DNA of 64,000 nt from Myxococcota bacterium. GTDB lineage: Bacteria > Myxococcota_A > SURF-8. The translations under genes were made by a program, and so were the position numbers. Positions within the stretch are counted from its first letter, which is position 1, and every line of letters starts with the position of its first letter. Location: NCBI GenBank assembly GCA_963674735.2, contig CAXXQS010000001.1, forward strand, positions 1,909,370 to 1,973,369. The letters are read 5' to 3'. The notes beneath the pieces were generated by a model that worked only from the letters and a program-made list of their open reading frames with translations, was not told the DNA's origin and did not search any database. This document shows, in pieces, positions 30,637-41,437 of the stretch.

Positions 30637-32583
30637 TTGAAGCAATCTCAAAAAACGGCCATTCTGTGGATCCTCCTGATCATGATGTTTCTCAGCATCA
30701 TGTACATGATCAACGATCCGCAAAGCAACCGCAATGAAATCACATTCAACCAATTCGTCTCCAAGATGGAGCTGACGACGGAATCCGGCGAGCAGGAGGT
30801 TAAGGAAATCCTGGTCAAAGGTCGTCAGATCGAAGGAACCCTTGCCAATGGCGAACAATTCGTCACCCAAGGCCCCATCTCGGAGAGCTACCTGGACAAG
30901 CTGATTGCAGCGGGCACCGTGGTCAAATTCGAAAAAGAAGAGGAAACCGCCTTCTGGCAGCAGTTTCTGATTTCGTGGTTGCCCATGATCTTTCTGTTCG
31001 CCATTTTCTTTTTCTTCATGCGCCAACTGCAGGCCGGTGGCGGCAAAGCCATGTCGTTTGGAAAGTCCAAAGCCAAACTGCTGAACTCGCCAAACAAAAA
31101 AGTCACCTTCAAAGATGTCGCCGGAATCGAAGAGGCCAAGGAAGAAGTACAAGAAATTATTGAGTTTTTACGTGAGCCTAAAAAATTCACCAGCCTGGGC
31201 GGACGCATTCCCAAAGGCGTGCTTCTCATGGGACCGCCGGGAACCGGTAAAACACTTTTGGCACGCGCCATCGCAGGTGAAGCCGACGTCCCGTTTTACT
31301 CGATTTCCGGTTCCGATTTCGTTGAGATGTTCGTGGGTGTCGGCGCCAGCCGAGTGCGCGATCTTTTCGAACAAGGCAAGAAAAACGCCCCCTGCATCAT
31401 CTTCATCGATGAAATCGACGCCGTCGGTCGTCATCGCGGCGCGGGCTTGGGCGGCGGACACGATGAACGCGAGCAAACCCTCAACCAGTTGCTCGTTGAG
31501 ATGGACGGCTTCGAATCCAACGAAGGCGTGATTCTGGTTGCGGCAACCAACCGGCCGGACGTCCTGGATCCCGCGCTGCTGCGTCCCGGTCGATTCGACC
31601 GCCGCGTGGTGGTTCCCAACCCGGACCTGCTCGGTCGTCTGGGAATCCTGCAGGTTCATTCCTCCCATGTTCCGCTCGATGAAAAGGTCGACCTGGAGGT
31701 GATCGCTCGCGGCACCCCCGGCTTTTCGGGTGCGGATCTCGAAAACCTGGTCAATGAAGCCGCCCTGCAGGCCGCCCGCCGCAACCTGAAAAAAGTGGAA
31801 ATGTCCGATTTCGAATCGGCGAAAGACAAAATCCTGTTGGGCACCGAACGCCGATCGATGATCGTGAGCGACAAGGAAAAACGCATCACGGCCTATCATG
31901 AAGCCGGCCATGCGCTTGTCGCCGCCAAATTGAAAGACTACGACCCGGTTCAGAAAGTGACCATCATCCCGCGCGGAATGGCGCTGGGATTGACGCAAAC
32001 CCTTCCCGAAGAGGACAAATACACGCAGTCCAAAACGTACATCCTCAACACCATCCGTTACGCCATGGGGGGCAGGGCCGCCGAAGAACTCGTTTTCAAA
32101 GAAAAGACGACCGGAGCCGGAAACGACATCCTGCGTTCCACCGCCCTCGCCCGCCGCATGGTCTGCGAATGGGGAATGAGCGACAAACTCGGCCCGCTTT
32201 CGTTCGGGAAACGTGAAGAACACATCTTCCTCGGACGTGAAATATCACGCCAGCAGGACTACAGCGACGTGGTCGCGCGCGATATCGACAGTGAAGTTCG
32301 CAGTATCGCGGAAGGCTGCTACCACGACGCGGTAAGTTCGCTTCGTGAAAGCCTCGACCAGCTGCATGCCATGGCCGAGGCCCTGCTTGAATATGAGACA
32401 CTCGATGCCGCGGAAGTCCGGAAGATCATGAACGGAGAAAAGATCGTTCGTCCCGAGCCGTCGGCGGAGGTTAAAAGCCTCGATACTTTTCTAAAAGCCC
32501 CGGAAGACAAAACGGAATCGGATACGGAACCGGATAAAACCGACCCCAAAGTTCTGGTGCCGCCCAGCTTGGAGAACTCATAA
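30637..32583 (+). CDS. ftsH: ATP-dependent zinc metalloprotease FtsH
   Basis: Two N-terminal TM helices, Walker A GPPGTGKT, Walker [12 protein letters not shown] region, zinc site HEAGHAL. Apparent TTG start preceded by GAGG. Confidence 0.95.
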   Translation: MKQSQKTAILWILLIMMFLSIMYMINDPQSNRNEITFNQFVSKMELTTESGEQEVKEILVKGRQIEGTLANGEQFVTQGPISESYLDKLIAAGTVVKFEKEEETAFWQQFLISWLPMIFLFAIFFFFMRQLQAGGGKAMSFGKSKAKLLNSPNKKVTFKDVAGIEEAKEEVQEIIEFLREPKKFTSLGGRIPKGVLLMGPPGTGKTLLARAIAGEADVPFYSISGSDFVEMFVGVGASRVRDLFEQGKKNAPCIIFIDEIDAVGRHRGAGLGGGHDEREQTLNQLLVEMDGFESNEGVILVAATNRPDVLDPALLRPGRFDRRVVVPNPDLLGRLGILQVHSSHVPLDEKVDLEVIARGTPGFSGADLENLVNEAALQAARRNLKKVEMSDFESAKDKILLGTERRSMIVSDKEKRITAYHEAGHALVAAKLKDYDPVQKVTIIPRGMALGLTQTLPEEDKYTQSKTYILNTIRYAMGGRAAEELVFKEKTTGAGNDILRSTALARRMVCEWGMSDKLGPLSFGKREEHIFLGREISRQQDYSDVVARDIDSEVRSIAEGCYHDAVSSLRESLDQLHAMAEALLEYETLDAAEVRKIMNGEKIVRPEPSAEVKSLDTFLKAPEDKTESDTEPDKTDPKVLVPPSLENS

Positions 32584-32645
32584 GTCGCCGAGCGGATCGC
32601 GCAATCGGACACAACCGGGTTGCACACTGATGAGGTGTAGGTGCG

Positions 32646-33515
32646 TTGGAGGCGACCCTGGACACGCTATCACTTGGATCGAAAGAACTTGCCTTTGCAA
32701 ACAAGACCCTCGTTATGGGGATCTTGAACGTCACCCCCGACTCGTTCTCGGATGGAGGCCGGTTCGACTCGGTTGAACGCGCGCAACGGCATGCACTCAA
32801 AATGCTGGCGGATGGAGCGGACATCATCGATATCGGGGGCGAATCGACTCGTCCCGGATCGGATGCCATCTCGGCCGACGAGGAGATGACGCGGGTGATC
32901 CCGGTCATCGAGCGCATTCGACTGAAATCGGACGTGCCGATCTCCATCGACACAAGCAAAGCCGTCGTGGCCCGCGCGGCCCTGGAAGCCGGAGCGGATA
33001 TCATCAACGACATTTCGGGCTTGACCTTCGATGCCGCGATGCCGCCGCTGGCCGCTGAAACGGGCGTTCCGGTGGTCGTAATGCACACCTTCTCGAATCC
33101 GAAAGTGATGCAGAAGACCTATCGGTATGACGACGTCGTCGAGGATATTTTCCACTTTTTCAAGGAGCGGCTGGAAGCCCTGACACAAAGCGGCATTCAA
33201 GGCGATCGCATCATCCTGGATCCGGGAATCGGGTTCGGAAAATCGATTCAGCACAATTGCCGCCTGATTCGCGAATGTCGGCGTTTCGGCGAACTGGGCT
33301 GCCCCATCTTGATCGGCGCATCCCGCAAGTCGTTTATCGGTGCGATACTCGACGCGGATGTCAATGACCGCCTCGAAGGGTCGCTCGCGGCGGCGGTTGC
33401 CGCAGCCTGGGCCGGGGCGAACATCATTCGCGCTCACGACGTCAAGGAAACCGTTCGTGCATTGCAACTTTCAGACGCCATTTCAGGACGAACTTCTCTC
33501 ACGGATTTAGCATAG
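32646..33515 (+). CDS. folP: Dihydropteroate synthase
   Basis: GILNVTPDSFSDGG, DIGGESTRPG, DPGIGFGK motifs. The start codon is uncertain (TTG at 32646). Confidence 0.9.
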   Translation: MEATLDTLSLGSKELAFANKTLVMGILNVTPDSFSDGGRFDSVERAQRHALKMLADGADIIDIGGESTRPGSDAISADEEMTRVIPVIERIRLKSDVPISIDTSKAVVARAALEAGADIINDISGLTFDAAMPPLAAETGVPVVVMHTFSNPKVMQKTYRYDDVVEDIFHFFKERLEALTQSGIQGDRIILDPGIGFGKSIQHNCRLIRECRRFGELGCPILIGASRKSFIGAILDADVNDRLEGSLAAAVAAAWAGANIIRAHDVKETVRALQLSDAISGRTSLTDLA

Positions 33516-33523
33516 GCGCGTAT

Positions 33524-34321
33524 ATGGAAAATTTTCTCGGTCTCAACCTCGAAAACGACATCGGACGCATCGCCATAACTTTGCTGGACCTCGTTTTGGT
33601 TTGGTATGTCGTTTATCGCGTGCTGCTCTTGATTCGAGGAACCAAAACGGTGCAGGTGCTGGTCGGCCTGATCTTGATCATCATCGCCTTTGCCGTTTCC
33701 AAGTTCCTGGGTTTGATGACCTTGAGCTGGATACTCGATTATTTCGTCAACTCGTTCATCTTCATCCTGATCGTCGTTTTTCAGCATGATATCCGTCGCG
33801 GCCTTTCCAAAATGGGTCGCAACCCGTTTTTTCACGGGATCAGCACCCTTGAGGAGGTTTTCTTTATCGAGGAACTGGTCAAAGCCTCCTCGGCTCTTTC
33901 AAACAAACGCGTCGGAGCCTTGATCGTCATCGAGCGCGAGGCCGACTTGACCGAATTCACGGAAGAAGGAACGGCCATCGACGCCAAAGTCAACCGCGAG
34001 ATGATCATGTCGATCATGCATCCAAGCTCACCGATTCACGACGGCGCCATTATCGTTCAGGATGGTCGTATGACGTTCGCCGGATGTTTCCTCCCCCTGA
34101 GTTCAAACCCCAAAATTTCGCGTGAATTGGGCACCCGCCATCGGGCGGCGATCGGGGTTTCGGAGGAAACGGACGCCTTGGTCATCGTGGTCAGCGAGGA
34201 AACGGGCAAGATTTCGTTCGTCATGGATGGCCAGATCACACGGGATCTCGATTCCAACACGCTCAAGAAAATCCTTCAGAACACGTTGGGTCTTTCTACG
34301 TCAAAGAAGGCAAAATCCTAA
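33524..34321 (+). CDS. cdaA: Diadenylate cyclase CdaA (membrane DAC-domain protein)
   Basis: Three N-terminal TM helices and a DAC domain with HDGAIIV and GTRHRAAIG motifs. Confidence 0.9.
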   Translation: MENFLGLNLENDIGRIAITLLDLVLVWYVVYRVLLLIRGTKTVQVLVGLILIIIAFAVSKFLGLMTLSWILDYFVNSFIFILIVVFQHDIRRGLSKMGRNPFFHGISTLEEVFFIEELVKASSALSNKRVGALIVIEREADLTEFTEEGTAIDAKVNREMIMSIMHPSSPIHDGAIIVQDGRMTFAGCFLPLSSNPKISRELGTRHRAAIGVSEETDALVIVVSEETGKISFVMDGQITRDLDSNTLKKILQNTLGLSTSKKAKS

Positions 34322-35310
34322 TGGCCCAGGGATCCAAAGAAACATTTGCGAATATGGTGAAGTCGTTGTTGCGTCGCTTGTTCGTCGACAACATCGGGCT
34401 CAAGCTGTTCTCCTTCCTGATTGCCCTTCTGCTCTGGCTCTTTGTTCTCGGCGCTGAAGACGTCACCACCACGGTGGATGTTCCGCTCTTTTTCCGCCTC
34501 TCCGCCGACCGGGTGCTGGTTTCCGACGTTCCGCATCACATTAAAATCAACGTCTCCGGCCCTTGGGCGACTCTGAAAAGCTGGAACACGGAGAACATCG
34601 AAGTTTCGATGGATTTGTCGAAAACGGATCTAGGTCCAAGTGTGGTTTATTTCGAGGAAAGCCTGTTTCGACTTCCCCCCGGATTGAAACTGGTGCGCGT
34701 CAACCCTTCCCAGTTAACGATCAGCCTGGCGAAAAAGGCTTCGAAAATCGTGCGTTTGTTACCGATGCATTCAGGCAAACCCGCAGCCGGGTATGTCGTA
34801 AAGGCCATCGAGCCGATCCCGGAAGTCCTGACCATCGAAGGCGCGGAAAGCGACCTGCTCATTATCGATGAGGTACTGACCGAAGAAATCAACGTAACCG
34901 GCAAACGCGAAACCTTCACCACGACCACGACACCGGTCCGGCTTTCAAAGAACATTCAATTCCCCAGCAAGGATCCGATCCTCGTGACCGTCACCATCAA
35001 GAAAGACCTCATCGAGCGGACCCTCCTCGACATTCCGATCTCGGTTAAAAACACGAACTTCCAGACATCCTTGAAACCTCCAACGACCTCCATCACGGTT
35101 TCAGGACCGCGAGAGGCCGTCGAAAAGCTGACCCGTAAGGAGATTACCGCCTTTATCGATGTCGGCAAGGAGGAAGGCGATATCCCCGGCACCACCTCCA
35201 CCCGCGAAGTGGAATTCGGTCCGCTCCCGGACAACATCAAAATCAAGGCGGGTTCGTATACTGTGAAGCTGATCATATCGAGCGTTCTCAAGAACAAAAG
35301 CGACAACTGA
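34321..35310 (+). CDS. cdaR: CdaR-like YbbR-domain regulator
   Basis: TAATG overlap with cdaA. One N-terminal TM helix followed by repeated YbbR-like beta domains. Canonical position between cdaA and glmM. Confidence 0.75.
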   Translation: MAQGSKETFANMVKSLLRRLFVDNIGLKLFSFLIALLLWLFVLGAEDVTTTVDVPLFFRLSADRVLVSDVPHHIKINVSGPWATLKSWNTENIEVSMDLSKTDLGPSVVYFEESLFRLPPGLKLVRVNPSQLTISLAKKASKIVRLLPMHSGKPAAGYVVKAIEPIPEVLTIEGAESDLLIIDEVLTEEINVTGKRETFTTTTTPVRLSKNIQFPSKDPILVTVTIKKDLIERTLLDIPISVKNTNFQTSLKPPTTSITVSGPREAVEKLTRKEITAFIDVGKEEGDIPGTTSTREVEFGPLPDNIKIKAGSYTVKLIISSVLKNKSDN

Positions 35311-35351
35311 CCGGATATCCTCGGAACCGGAATCGTGAAACAGGACCGATT

Positions 35352-36704
35352 ATGAGAAAATTATTTGGAACAGATGGAATTCGCGGGCAAGCCAATCGCT
35401 ATCCCATGGACGCCTATACCGCCTACAAAGTCGGCGCGGCGGTCGGCCATTATTTCCGCCAACTGCACCGCGCCCCGAAAGTCCTGATCGGCCGCGACAC
35501 CCGTCTTTCGGGTTTCATGCTGCAAAACGCGATTGCGGCCGGACTGTGTGCGGTGGGCTGCGAAGCCGTGGAATTGGGCGTCGTTTCGACCCCCGGCGTC
35601 GCCTACCTCACGCATCATAAAGGCGCCGATGCCGGTATCATGATCAGCGCCTCGCACAATCCCTACATCGACAACGGAATCAAGATCTTTTCCAACGATG
35701 GGTTCAAGCTGCCGGACGCCAATGAACTGGAAATCGAAGACCTGATCCTGAACACCAACAGCGACGACCTGCATGTGGCCCCTGAAGAGATCGGCATGAC
35801 CTCCTCCAGGCCGGAAGCGGTCCGCTGGTACAGTGAGATTCTCAGCAACTCGGTCGGAAAGCGGACCTTCGATGGGATGAAAATCGTGTTGGACTGTGCT
35901 CATGGCGCGGCCACCAACATCGCCCCGCCGATTTTCCGCAGCCTCCGCGCCAAAGTCACCACCATCGGAAACGATCCGGACGGCCGTAACATCAATGACG
36001 GCATCGGCTCGCTGTATCCCGAACAACTCCAGGAAACCGTCCGCAAAACCGGGGCGGATTTCGGAGTCGCCTTTGATGGCGATGCGGATCGCGCCATTTT
36101 CGTCGATGCCAACGGGTTGGTCGTGGATGGCGACTGCATCATGGCAATCTGCGCCAAAAAGCTCAATGATGACGGCCATCTCATGCACAAGACCCTGGTT
36201 GCAACGGTGATGAGCAATATCGGCCTGCACCGCGCCATGGAAGCGGAAGGAATCAAAGTCATCACCACCGCCGTCGGTGACCGCTACGTCGTCGAAGAGA
36301 TGCGGAGCCATGGCTACAATTTCGGCGGCGAGCAATCCGGCCACCTGATCTTCCTGGATTACAGCACCACCGGCGACGGCATCCTCACCGCTTTGCAGGT
36401 TTTGACCATTCTCTACGACAGTGGACGTCCCCTGCACGAACTCACCCAACTGATGACCCGTTATCCCCAGGTTCTGCTGAACCTGAAAGTGAAAGAAAAA
36501 CGCCCCATCGACACATTGCCCTCGGTTTCCGGGTTGATTCGCCAGATCGAAGAAAAACTGGGGAAAGAGGGGCGCGTACTCGTGCGCTACAGCGGCACCG
36601 AAAACCTGGCGCGCGTCATGGTGGAAGGCCTGGATCAGCAAGAGATCGACGGCTATGCCTCCGAAATTCTTGCCGCCATCGACAAGGAGCTCAATCAAAC
36701 GTGA
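35352..36704 (+). CDS. glmM: Phosphoglucosamine mutase
   Basis: MRKLFGTDGIRG N-terminus, active-site ISASHNP, FDGDADR metal loop, GGEQSGH. Confidence 0.95.
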   Translation: MRKLFGTDGIRGQANRYPMDAYTAYKVGAAVGHYFRQLHRAPKVLIGRDTRLSGFMLQNAIAAGLCAVGCEAVELGVVSTPGVAYLTHHKGADAGIMISASHNPYIDNGIKIFSNDGFKLPDANELEIEDLILNTNSDDLHVAPEEIGMTSSRPEAVRWYSEILSNSVGKRTFDGMKIVLDCAHGAATNIAPPIFRSLRAKVTTIGNDPDGRNINDGIGSLYPEQLQETVRKTGADFGVAFDGDADRAIFVDANGLVVDGDCIMAICAKKLNDDGHLMHKTLVATVMSNIGLHRAMEAEGIKVITTAVGDRYVVEEMRSHGYNFGGEQSGHLIFLDYSTTGDGILTALQVLTILYDSGRPLHELTQLMTRYPQVLLNLKVKEKRPIDTLPSVSGLIRQIEEKLGKEGRVLVRYSGTENLARVMVEGLDQQEIDGYASEILAAIDKELNQT

Positions 36705-39064
36705 TATCTTTGCCGACAGGTCTGCCGTTCCGCCAAGGACAGGCAAGCCTGCTCCACGCAATCGGAGTCTTCCTGGTCCTTATCCTTGTTCTTTCTCTGC
36801 CCTGCTCTACCCTGGCGGCTCCCGATTCGACCTCGCACCCCCTGATCCGAACGACGAAACAATCTTTTATCGGCGACATCGCCCTCCCCTCGCCGCCGTC
36901 GACGGTTCGACCACGCCCTTTCGTTAAACCTGCCGACGAAGAAGCCCAGCCCCTCAAAATCCCGAGCGAAAAAGCGAACAAACTGCCTTTGACCGAAATT
37001 CTGGACTTCGCCGATCGCTACAACCACGGACTCTGGCTGGATGTCGGCTCCCCCGCCTTCGCCTTACATACGCGCCCCGGCGAATGGACGGAAGCGGAAT
37101 TCGCTCCGTTCAACAGAAGCACTCAACGTCTTCGGAAAAATAGCGCAACCATTCGCTGTTTTCTTCCCGAAGCCGACACGTATGTCGTAAGCCTCCACGC
37201 CCGAGTCGACCGTTCGGGAGAAACGTTTTCCATTGAAACCTCCGGAAAATCCCCGGTCTCGGTGGCGCTGGACAAAGAGGGCTGGTCAAGCTATTGGTTG
37301 GATCTCAGTGACTGGGATTCGATCAGTGGATATCGGGAATTCACGTTAAAAACGTCGCGAACGCAGTCTATTTCCATCGATCAGGTGCATTTCCACCCGG
37401 TTACCCGCTTTCATCCCAAACCGAATCTGGCCATTCCACCGGTAGAACCCCTTCGACAATCCATCTTTTACGGTCCCCCCGCCCCTCTCTCGCCCTCCAA
37501 ATCCAAACAGGAGGTGTCTCTACCGGGCGAAGGCGGGCTTGTCTGGCATATGGAGGTTCCCAACGCGGTCCGGCTGCTGTTTTCCCTGCGCATCGAACGC
37601 GACATTCCCGGACAAAGTCCGGTCGTTTTGCTGGTACGCGCCGCCAACGCCGACGCGAAACCGGATCTGCTGTTCGTCGAACCTTTCGCGTACCCCTCCA
37701 ACGCACGCAACCATACTTATGCCGTCGATCTGACAAAGTATGCGGGTCGTCTCGTCCGCCTGGAGATATGGACAACCGGAGGAACCGACAGCGACCGATT
37801 GACCCTGATCGATCCGCGCATCGAAACCTATCTGCCGGTTCGCCCTCCAACGGCCTGGATTCCGCCACGCAACGTCATCGTTTTCCTGAGCGATACTCTG
37901 CGCTGGGACAAGATCCATTTCTTCAAACCGGCCGACAACGACATTATCACTCCCAACTTCGACCGAATCGCCAGCGAGGGCATCACCTTCACCAACGCCA
38001 TCTCCCAGGGATGCTGGTCCAAACCCTCGCAGGCCGCCATCATGGGCGGTCGTTATCCGTGGGATCTCCGGATGGAGAAACCGGAGCAAACCCGCGCCGA
38101 TAACGTTCTCTTGATTGCCGATGCCATCAAGGACAAGCGCCCCGAAGTGGTGACGGCCTCCTTTTCCTCCAACGGCTATGTGTCATCCCGCTTCGGTTTC
38201 GCCCAGAACTGGGACTATTCCCGCAACATGATTCGCGAACAACTCCCCAATCGAACGGAATACCTGCTCTCCGCCATGACCCGTACATGGGAGAAAAACG
38301 CGATAAGCGAACAGCCCTTTTTCGTCTGGCTCGGGACCATCGACCCGCATGTGGCCTATAACCCCAGAAAGCCTTTTCTCGATCTCTACGACCCGGACCC
38401 CTATCACGGCCGAATCGTTCCTTATAAAACGGCCTCCCTTTTGTATGAAATCCGCACGGGACGCTTCAAACCATCCAAACGAGACTGGCACCACCTGAAC
38501 GCCCTATACAAAGGCGAAGTTACCTACAACGACGCTCAATTCGGCGAATTGATGAAACAATTGGAGGATTGGGATATTCTCGACGATACGGCTCTGATCC
38601 TCGTTTCGGATCACGGGGACGAATTCCTGGACCACAAAGGCATGGGGCATGGTCATTCTCTTTATGACGAGTTGGTCCGCGTTCCGATGATCGTCTATTA
38701 CCCGCGGGGATTTCGTCAAGCCCGCGTCATCGATCAAACCGTGGAAACCATGGCGATCTATCCGACGGTTTTGTCCATGCTCGACATCGAGCCCAAACCG
38801 GAAACCACGGCCCAAAGCCTTTTACCTTATGCTTTCGGGGCCGCTCCCTTGTGGCCACGCGTGTCCGCCTCTACCCTTTCGCGCTCCCAAACGTTGATCG
38901 CCCTTTCACAATGGCGGCTGCTGATCAAACAAAACGAGCTGCGCCTTTTCGATACGGCTTCAGACCCCTACCAGCAAAATGAACTAGCCGATTCACGGCC
39001 GGATGTTGTATATTACATGTGGAAGCGTTATATGATGTGGAAGTATCGCTATCAACTTTCCTAG
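36701..39064 (+). CDS. Secreted sulfatase-fold (alkaline-phosphatase superfamily) protein with a novel N-terminal half
   Basis: GTGA overlap with the glmM stop, and a signal peptide. The C-terminal half has NVIVFLSDTLRWD, TPNFDRIASEG, LILVSDHGDEF...GHGHSLYDE sulfatase-fold motifs. The FGly motif position reads S-K-P-S-Q rather than C/S-x-P-x-R. Confidence 0.7.
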   Translation: MISLPTGLPFRQGQASLLHAIGVFLVLILVLSLPCSTLAAPDSTSHPLIRTTKQSFIGDIALPSPPSTVRPRPFVKPADEEAQPLKIPSEKANKLPLTEILDFADRYNHGLWLDVGSPAFALHTRPGEWTEAEFAPFNRSTQRLRKNSATIRCFLPEADTYVVSLHARVDRSGETFSIETSGKSPVSVALDKEGWSSYWLDLSDWDSISGYREFTLKTSRTQSISIDQVHFHPVTRFHPKPNLAIPPVEPLRQSIFYGPPAPLSPSKSKQEVSLPGEGGLVWHMEVPNAVRLLFSLRIERDIPGQSPVVLLVRAANADAKPDLLFVEPFAYPSNARNHTYAVDLTKYAGRLVRLEIWTTGGTDSDRLTLIDPRIETYLPVRPPTAWIPPRNVIVFLSDTLRWDKIHFFKPADNDIITPNFDRIASEGITFTNAISQGCWSKPSQAAIMGGRYPWDLRMEKPEQTRADNVLLIADAIKDKRPEVVTASFSSNGYVSSRFGFAQNWDYSRNMIREQLPNRTEYLLSAMTRTWEKNAISEQPFFVWLGTIDPHVAYNPRKPFLDLYDPDPYHGRIVPYKTASLLYEIRTGRFKPSKRDWHHLNALYKGEVTYNDAQFGELMKQLEDWDILDDTALILVSDHGDEFLDHKGMGHGHSLYDELVRVPMIVYYPRGFRQARVIDQTVETMAIYPTVLSMLDIEPKPETTAQSLLPYAFGAAPLWPRVSASTLSRSQTLIALSQWRLLIKQNELRLFDTASDPYQQNELADSRPDVVYYMWKRYMMWKYRYQLS

Positions 39065-39089
39065 CCCCAGAACGCCCAAGAGGTCGCCC

Positions 39090-39971
39090 ATGCGTCGGAT
39101 TGATCGTCTTTTTATTTTCGCCCTGCTCGCCTTTATTCTGAGTTTGAGCAACCCCGCTCACTCAAAAACGAGCAAAGATAAATTCGTCCCGAAAACCGGC
39201 ATCGAACGCAAAACCATCATGATGGCGCCGGTTGCGAAAGAAATCTATATAAACCGAGACATCACCCAGGAAGCTCTGACGCGCCTGGCCTCGATCGAGA
39301 ATTTAACATTTATCGTCGATACGGGCGGTTTTCCGCCAAAGTCATTGTTGGTACGACTGGCCAAACTGGACCGTCCCGTTCGTCTCGTGTTGCCCAATAC
39401 GTTCACCAGCGCTCACACACGACGTTTGTCCGTTCTCGCTGAATACGGTGTCCTTTTCAGGATTTCAGGATCCACCATGACCGAGGAGGTCGCGAATCGC
39501 GTGCTGGCGCTTGGACCTCGGCGCAAAACATTCGAAGTCGACCTGCAAGAGCTGACTCCCAAAACCCTCAAACTGCTCTCCAAAGTCGGCCCATTCGACC
39601 TGCGAATCCGCCTTTCATCCACTCGCACTCTGTCCCGTACCGATTTGGGTATGTTGAGCCGGCTTAAAGTCATGAAAGAACTACTGGTTCCGGCCGACTA
39701 TCCGCCCAAAATGATTCAGAGGCTCGGACGTTTCTCGCAAACACGCATTTTGCTGCACACACAGGGAGTCGGTCCCAACCAGGACCAAGTCAAGGTGTTG
39801 AATAAACTACGAAAAGTTGAATGTGGCGCGATCGTCCGCGGTCTTATTAAAAGTCGTGAAGCCTTCAACTACCTCATGCTCGACAACCTGCGCGTCCTTT
39901 ACATTTATCCCGAGGACTGGACAGTCACCCAGCAATTCGTCGAGATGATGAATAGTCGCGGGGCAATCTAG
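39090..39971 (+). CDS. Secreted protein, unknown function (leucine-rich)
   Basis: Signal peptide MRRIDRLFIFALLAFILSLSNPAHS. Coding-like composition. No motif recognised. Confidence 0.5.
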   Translation: MRRIDRLFIFALLAFILSLSNPAHSKTSKDKFVPKTGIERKTIMMAPVAKEIYINRDITQEALTRLASIENLTFIVDTGGFPPKSLLVRLAKLDRPVRLVLPNTFTSAHTRRLSVLAEYGVLFRISGSTMTEEVANRVLALGPRRKTFEVDLQELTPKTLKLLSKVGPFDLRIRLSSTRTLSRTDLGMLSRLKVMKELLVPADYPPKMIQRLGRFSQTRILLHTQGVGPNQDQVKVLNKLRKVECGAIVRGLIKSREAFNYLMLDNLRVLYIYPEDWTVTQQFVEMMNSRGAI

Positions 39972-40080
39972 GAACAAAGCTGAAGTAACACTTAAAGACT
40001 TTCATTATTTTCTTTTTTTTGCTAGGCTTTTCGACTGATTCCAGTCAAAATAATTATTCGACGATTTAATTGTTTTTTTC

Positions 40081-40109
40081 TTGACAGCCTATGACCCTTC
40101 TGGTAAAGA
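40081..40109 (+). promoter_or_regulatory. Candidate sigma70-type promoter for tRNA-Val/infC
   Basis: TTGACA (40081-40086), 17-nt spacer, TAAAGA (40104-40109), about 40 nt upstream of the tRNA 5' end. Confidence 0.35.
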
Positions 40110-40148
40110 AATCACTCACTTGCGGGCCGTATCGGCTTGCAGGCAGAC

Positions 40149-40223
40149 AGGCACGTAGCTCAAGGGTAGAGCGCCATCTTGACGTGGTGGATGTTGGCGG
40201 TTCAAGTCCGCCCGTGCCTACCA
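40149..40223 (+). tRNA. tRNA-Val (anticodon GAC)
   Basis: Hand-folded cloverleaf: acceptor AGGCACG/CGTGCCT, D arm GCTC-AAGGGTA-GAGC, anticodon arm CCATC-TTGACGT-GGTGG, T arm GGCGG-TTCAAGT-CCGCC, encoded CCA. Confidence 0.9.
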
Positions 40224-40273
40224 TCTTTGATTTATAGGATGGTTTACCAAACACGTATTGCAGGAGGACCCCC

Positions 40274-40801
40274 ATCAAGTCCGATAAAGATAAAAGCGCA
40301 CGGATTAACGATCAAATCCGTACTCCGAGCGTCAGAGTGATCACTGAAGACGGAGAACAGTTAGGGATTCTCGCTATACATGATGCGCTCGACATCGCGT
40401 TCGATCGTGGTTTGGATCTTGTTGAAGTATCGCCCAATGCGGATCCGCCGGTTTGCAAGATCATGGATTTTGGCAAATTCAAGTATCAGCAAAGCAAGCG
40501 CAAGACGGAAGCCAGAAAAAAACAGACGATCATTCAAGTTAAGGAAGTGAAGCTTCGCACCAAAACCGAGACGCACGACATCCAGACGAAAGTGAAAAAT
40601 CTGCTTCGGTTTATCGGTGAAGGAAATAAAGTCAAGATTTCGGTAATGTTCAGCGGTCGTGAGATTACACACCCCGAATTAGGTGTGTCGGTTCTTAACC
40701 GGGTTATGGACGAAGTCGGCGAAAAGGTGACAATCGATACCCAACCCCGGATGGAAGGTCGCTGTATGGTCATGTTCGTGTCGCCACGATCTGACAAATA
40801 A
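40274..40801 (+). CDS. infC: Translation initiation factor IF-3, non-canonical ATC start
   Basis: AGGAGG sits 7 nt before the ATC at 40274. The in-frame extension IKSDKDKSARINDQIRTPSVRVITEDGEQLGIL matches the conserved IF-3 N-terminus, which the ORF track (start 40337) cuts off. Confidence 0.85.
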   Translation: MKSDKDKSARINDQIRTPSVRVITEDGEQLGILAIHDALDIAFDRGLDLVEVSPNADPPVCKIMDFGKFKYQQSKRKTEARKKQTIIQVKEVKLRTKTETHDIQTKVKNLLRFIGEGNKVKISVMFSGREITHPELGVSVLNRVMDEVGEKVTIDTQPRMEGRCMVMFVSPRSDK

Positions 40802-40819
40802 TGACAACAGGAGTCGACA

Positions 40820-41020
40820 ATGCCTAAGATGAAAACGAACCGAGCCGCAGCTAAACGTTTCAAACTGCGCGCGAGCGGTTCGATCAAGCGGAAGCGGGCG
40901 TTCCATTCGCACATCTTGACGAAGAAGTCCACCAAGCGCTGCAGGAATTTGCGGCAGCGAGCTGAACTTGACGCTAGCAACTTCGATAACGTTGCCCGTC
41001 TTATTCCCAAAGTGAAGTAA
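40820..41020 (+). CDS. rpmI: 50S ribosomal protein L35
   Basis: [15 protein letters not shown]... canonical L35 sequence. Confidence 0.95.
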   Translation: MPKMKTNRAAAKRFKLRASGSIKRKRAFHSHILTKKSTKRCRNLRQRAELDASNFDNVARLIPKVK

Positions 41021-41032
41021 CGGAGATTTTCG

Positions 41033-41392
41033 ATGCCTCGAGTGAAACGCGGATACAAAGCACGTCACCGCCGGAAAAAAATACTCAAGCTTGCCAAAGG
41101 CTACCGCGGCGCACGTTCGAAGCTTTATAGGGTTGCAACCCATACGGTTAAGCGGGCCTTGGTTTACGCTTTCCGTGATCGACGTGTGCGGAAACGGGAT
41201 TTTCGCCGTCTTTGGATCACCCGTATCAATGCTGCCCTGCGAGCGGAATCGGTTTCTTACAGCCGCTTTATCAATGGGCTGAAACATGCAGAAATAGCGC
41301 TTGATCGGAAGATTCTGGCCGATCTGGCCGTGACAGATCCAAATGGGTTCAAGGCTGTCGTCGAGCAGGTGCGCCCACATTTGGCTGGCTAG
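41033..41392 (+). CDS. rplT: 50S ribosomal protein L20
   Basis: [26 protein letters not shown]... canonical L20 sequence. Confidence 0.95.
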   Translation: MPRVKRGYKARHRRKKILKLAKGYRGARSKLYRVATHTVKRALVYAFRDRRVRKRDFRRLWITRINAALRAESVSYSRFINGLKHAEIALDRKILADLAVTDPNGFKAVVEQVRPHLAG

Positions 41393-41437
41393 CCGTATTG
41401 TGAGGGGTTGCACCGGCGGCGCAAACGGGAGGACCGC

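Noticed and set aside
35361-36761. 466-aa minus-strand ORF antisense to glmM. Similar shadow ORFs lie at 31168-32223 (ftsH), 28325-29671 (tilS), 32670-33467 (folP), 22068-23315 and 4231-5337
   Set aside because: They lie opposite unmistakable housekeeping genes and have Arg/Gly/Ala-biased composition. These are artefacts of high GC content.
40066-40278. 70-aa minus-strand ORF (…GTGGLEPPTSTTSRWRSTLELRA…)
   Set aside because: It is a translation artefact across tRNA-Val.
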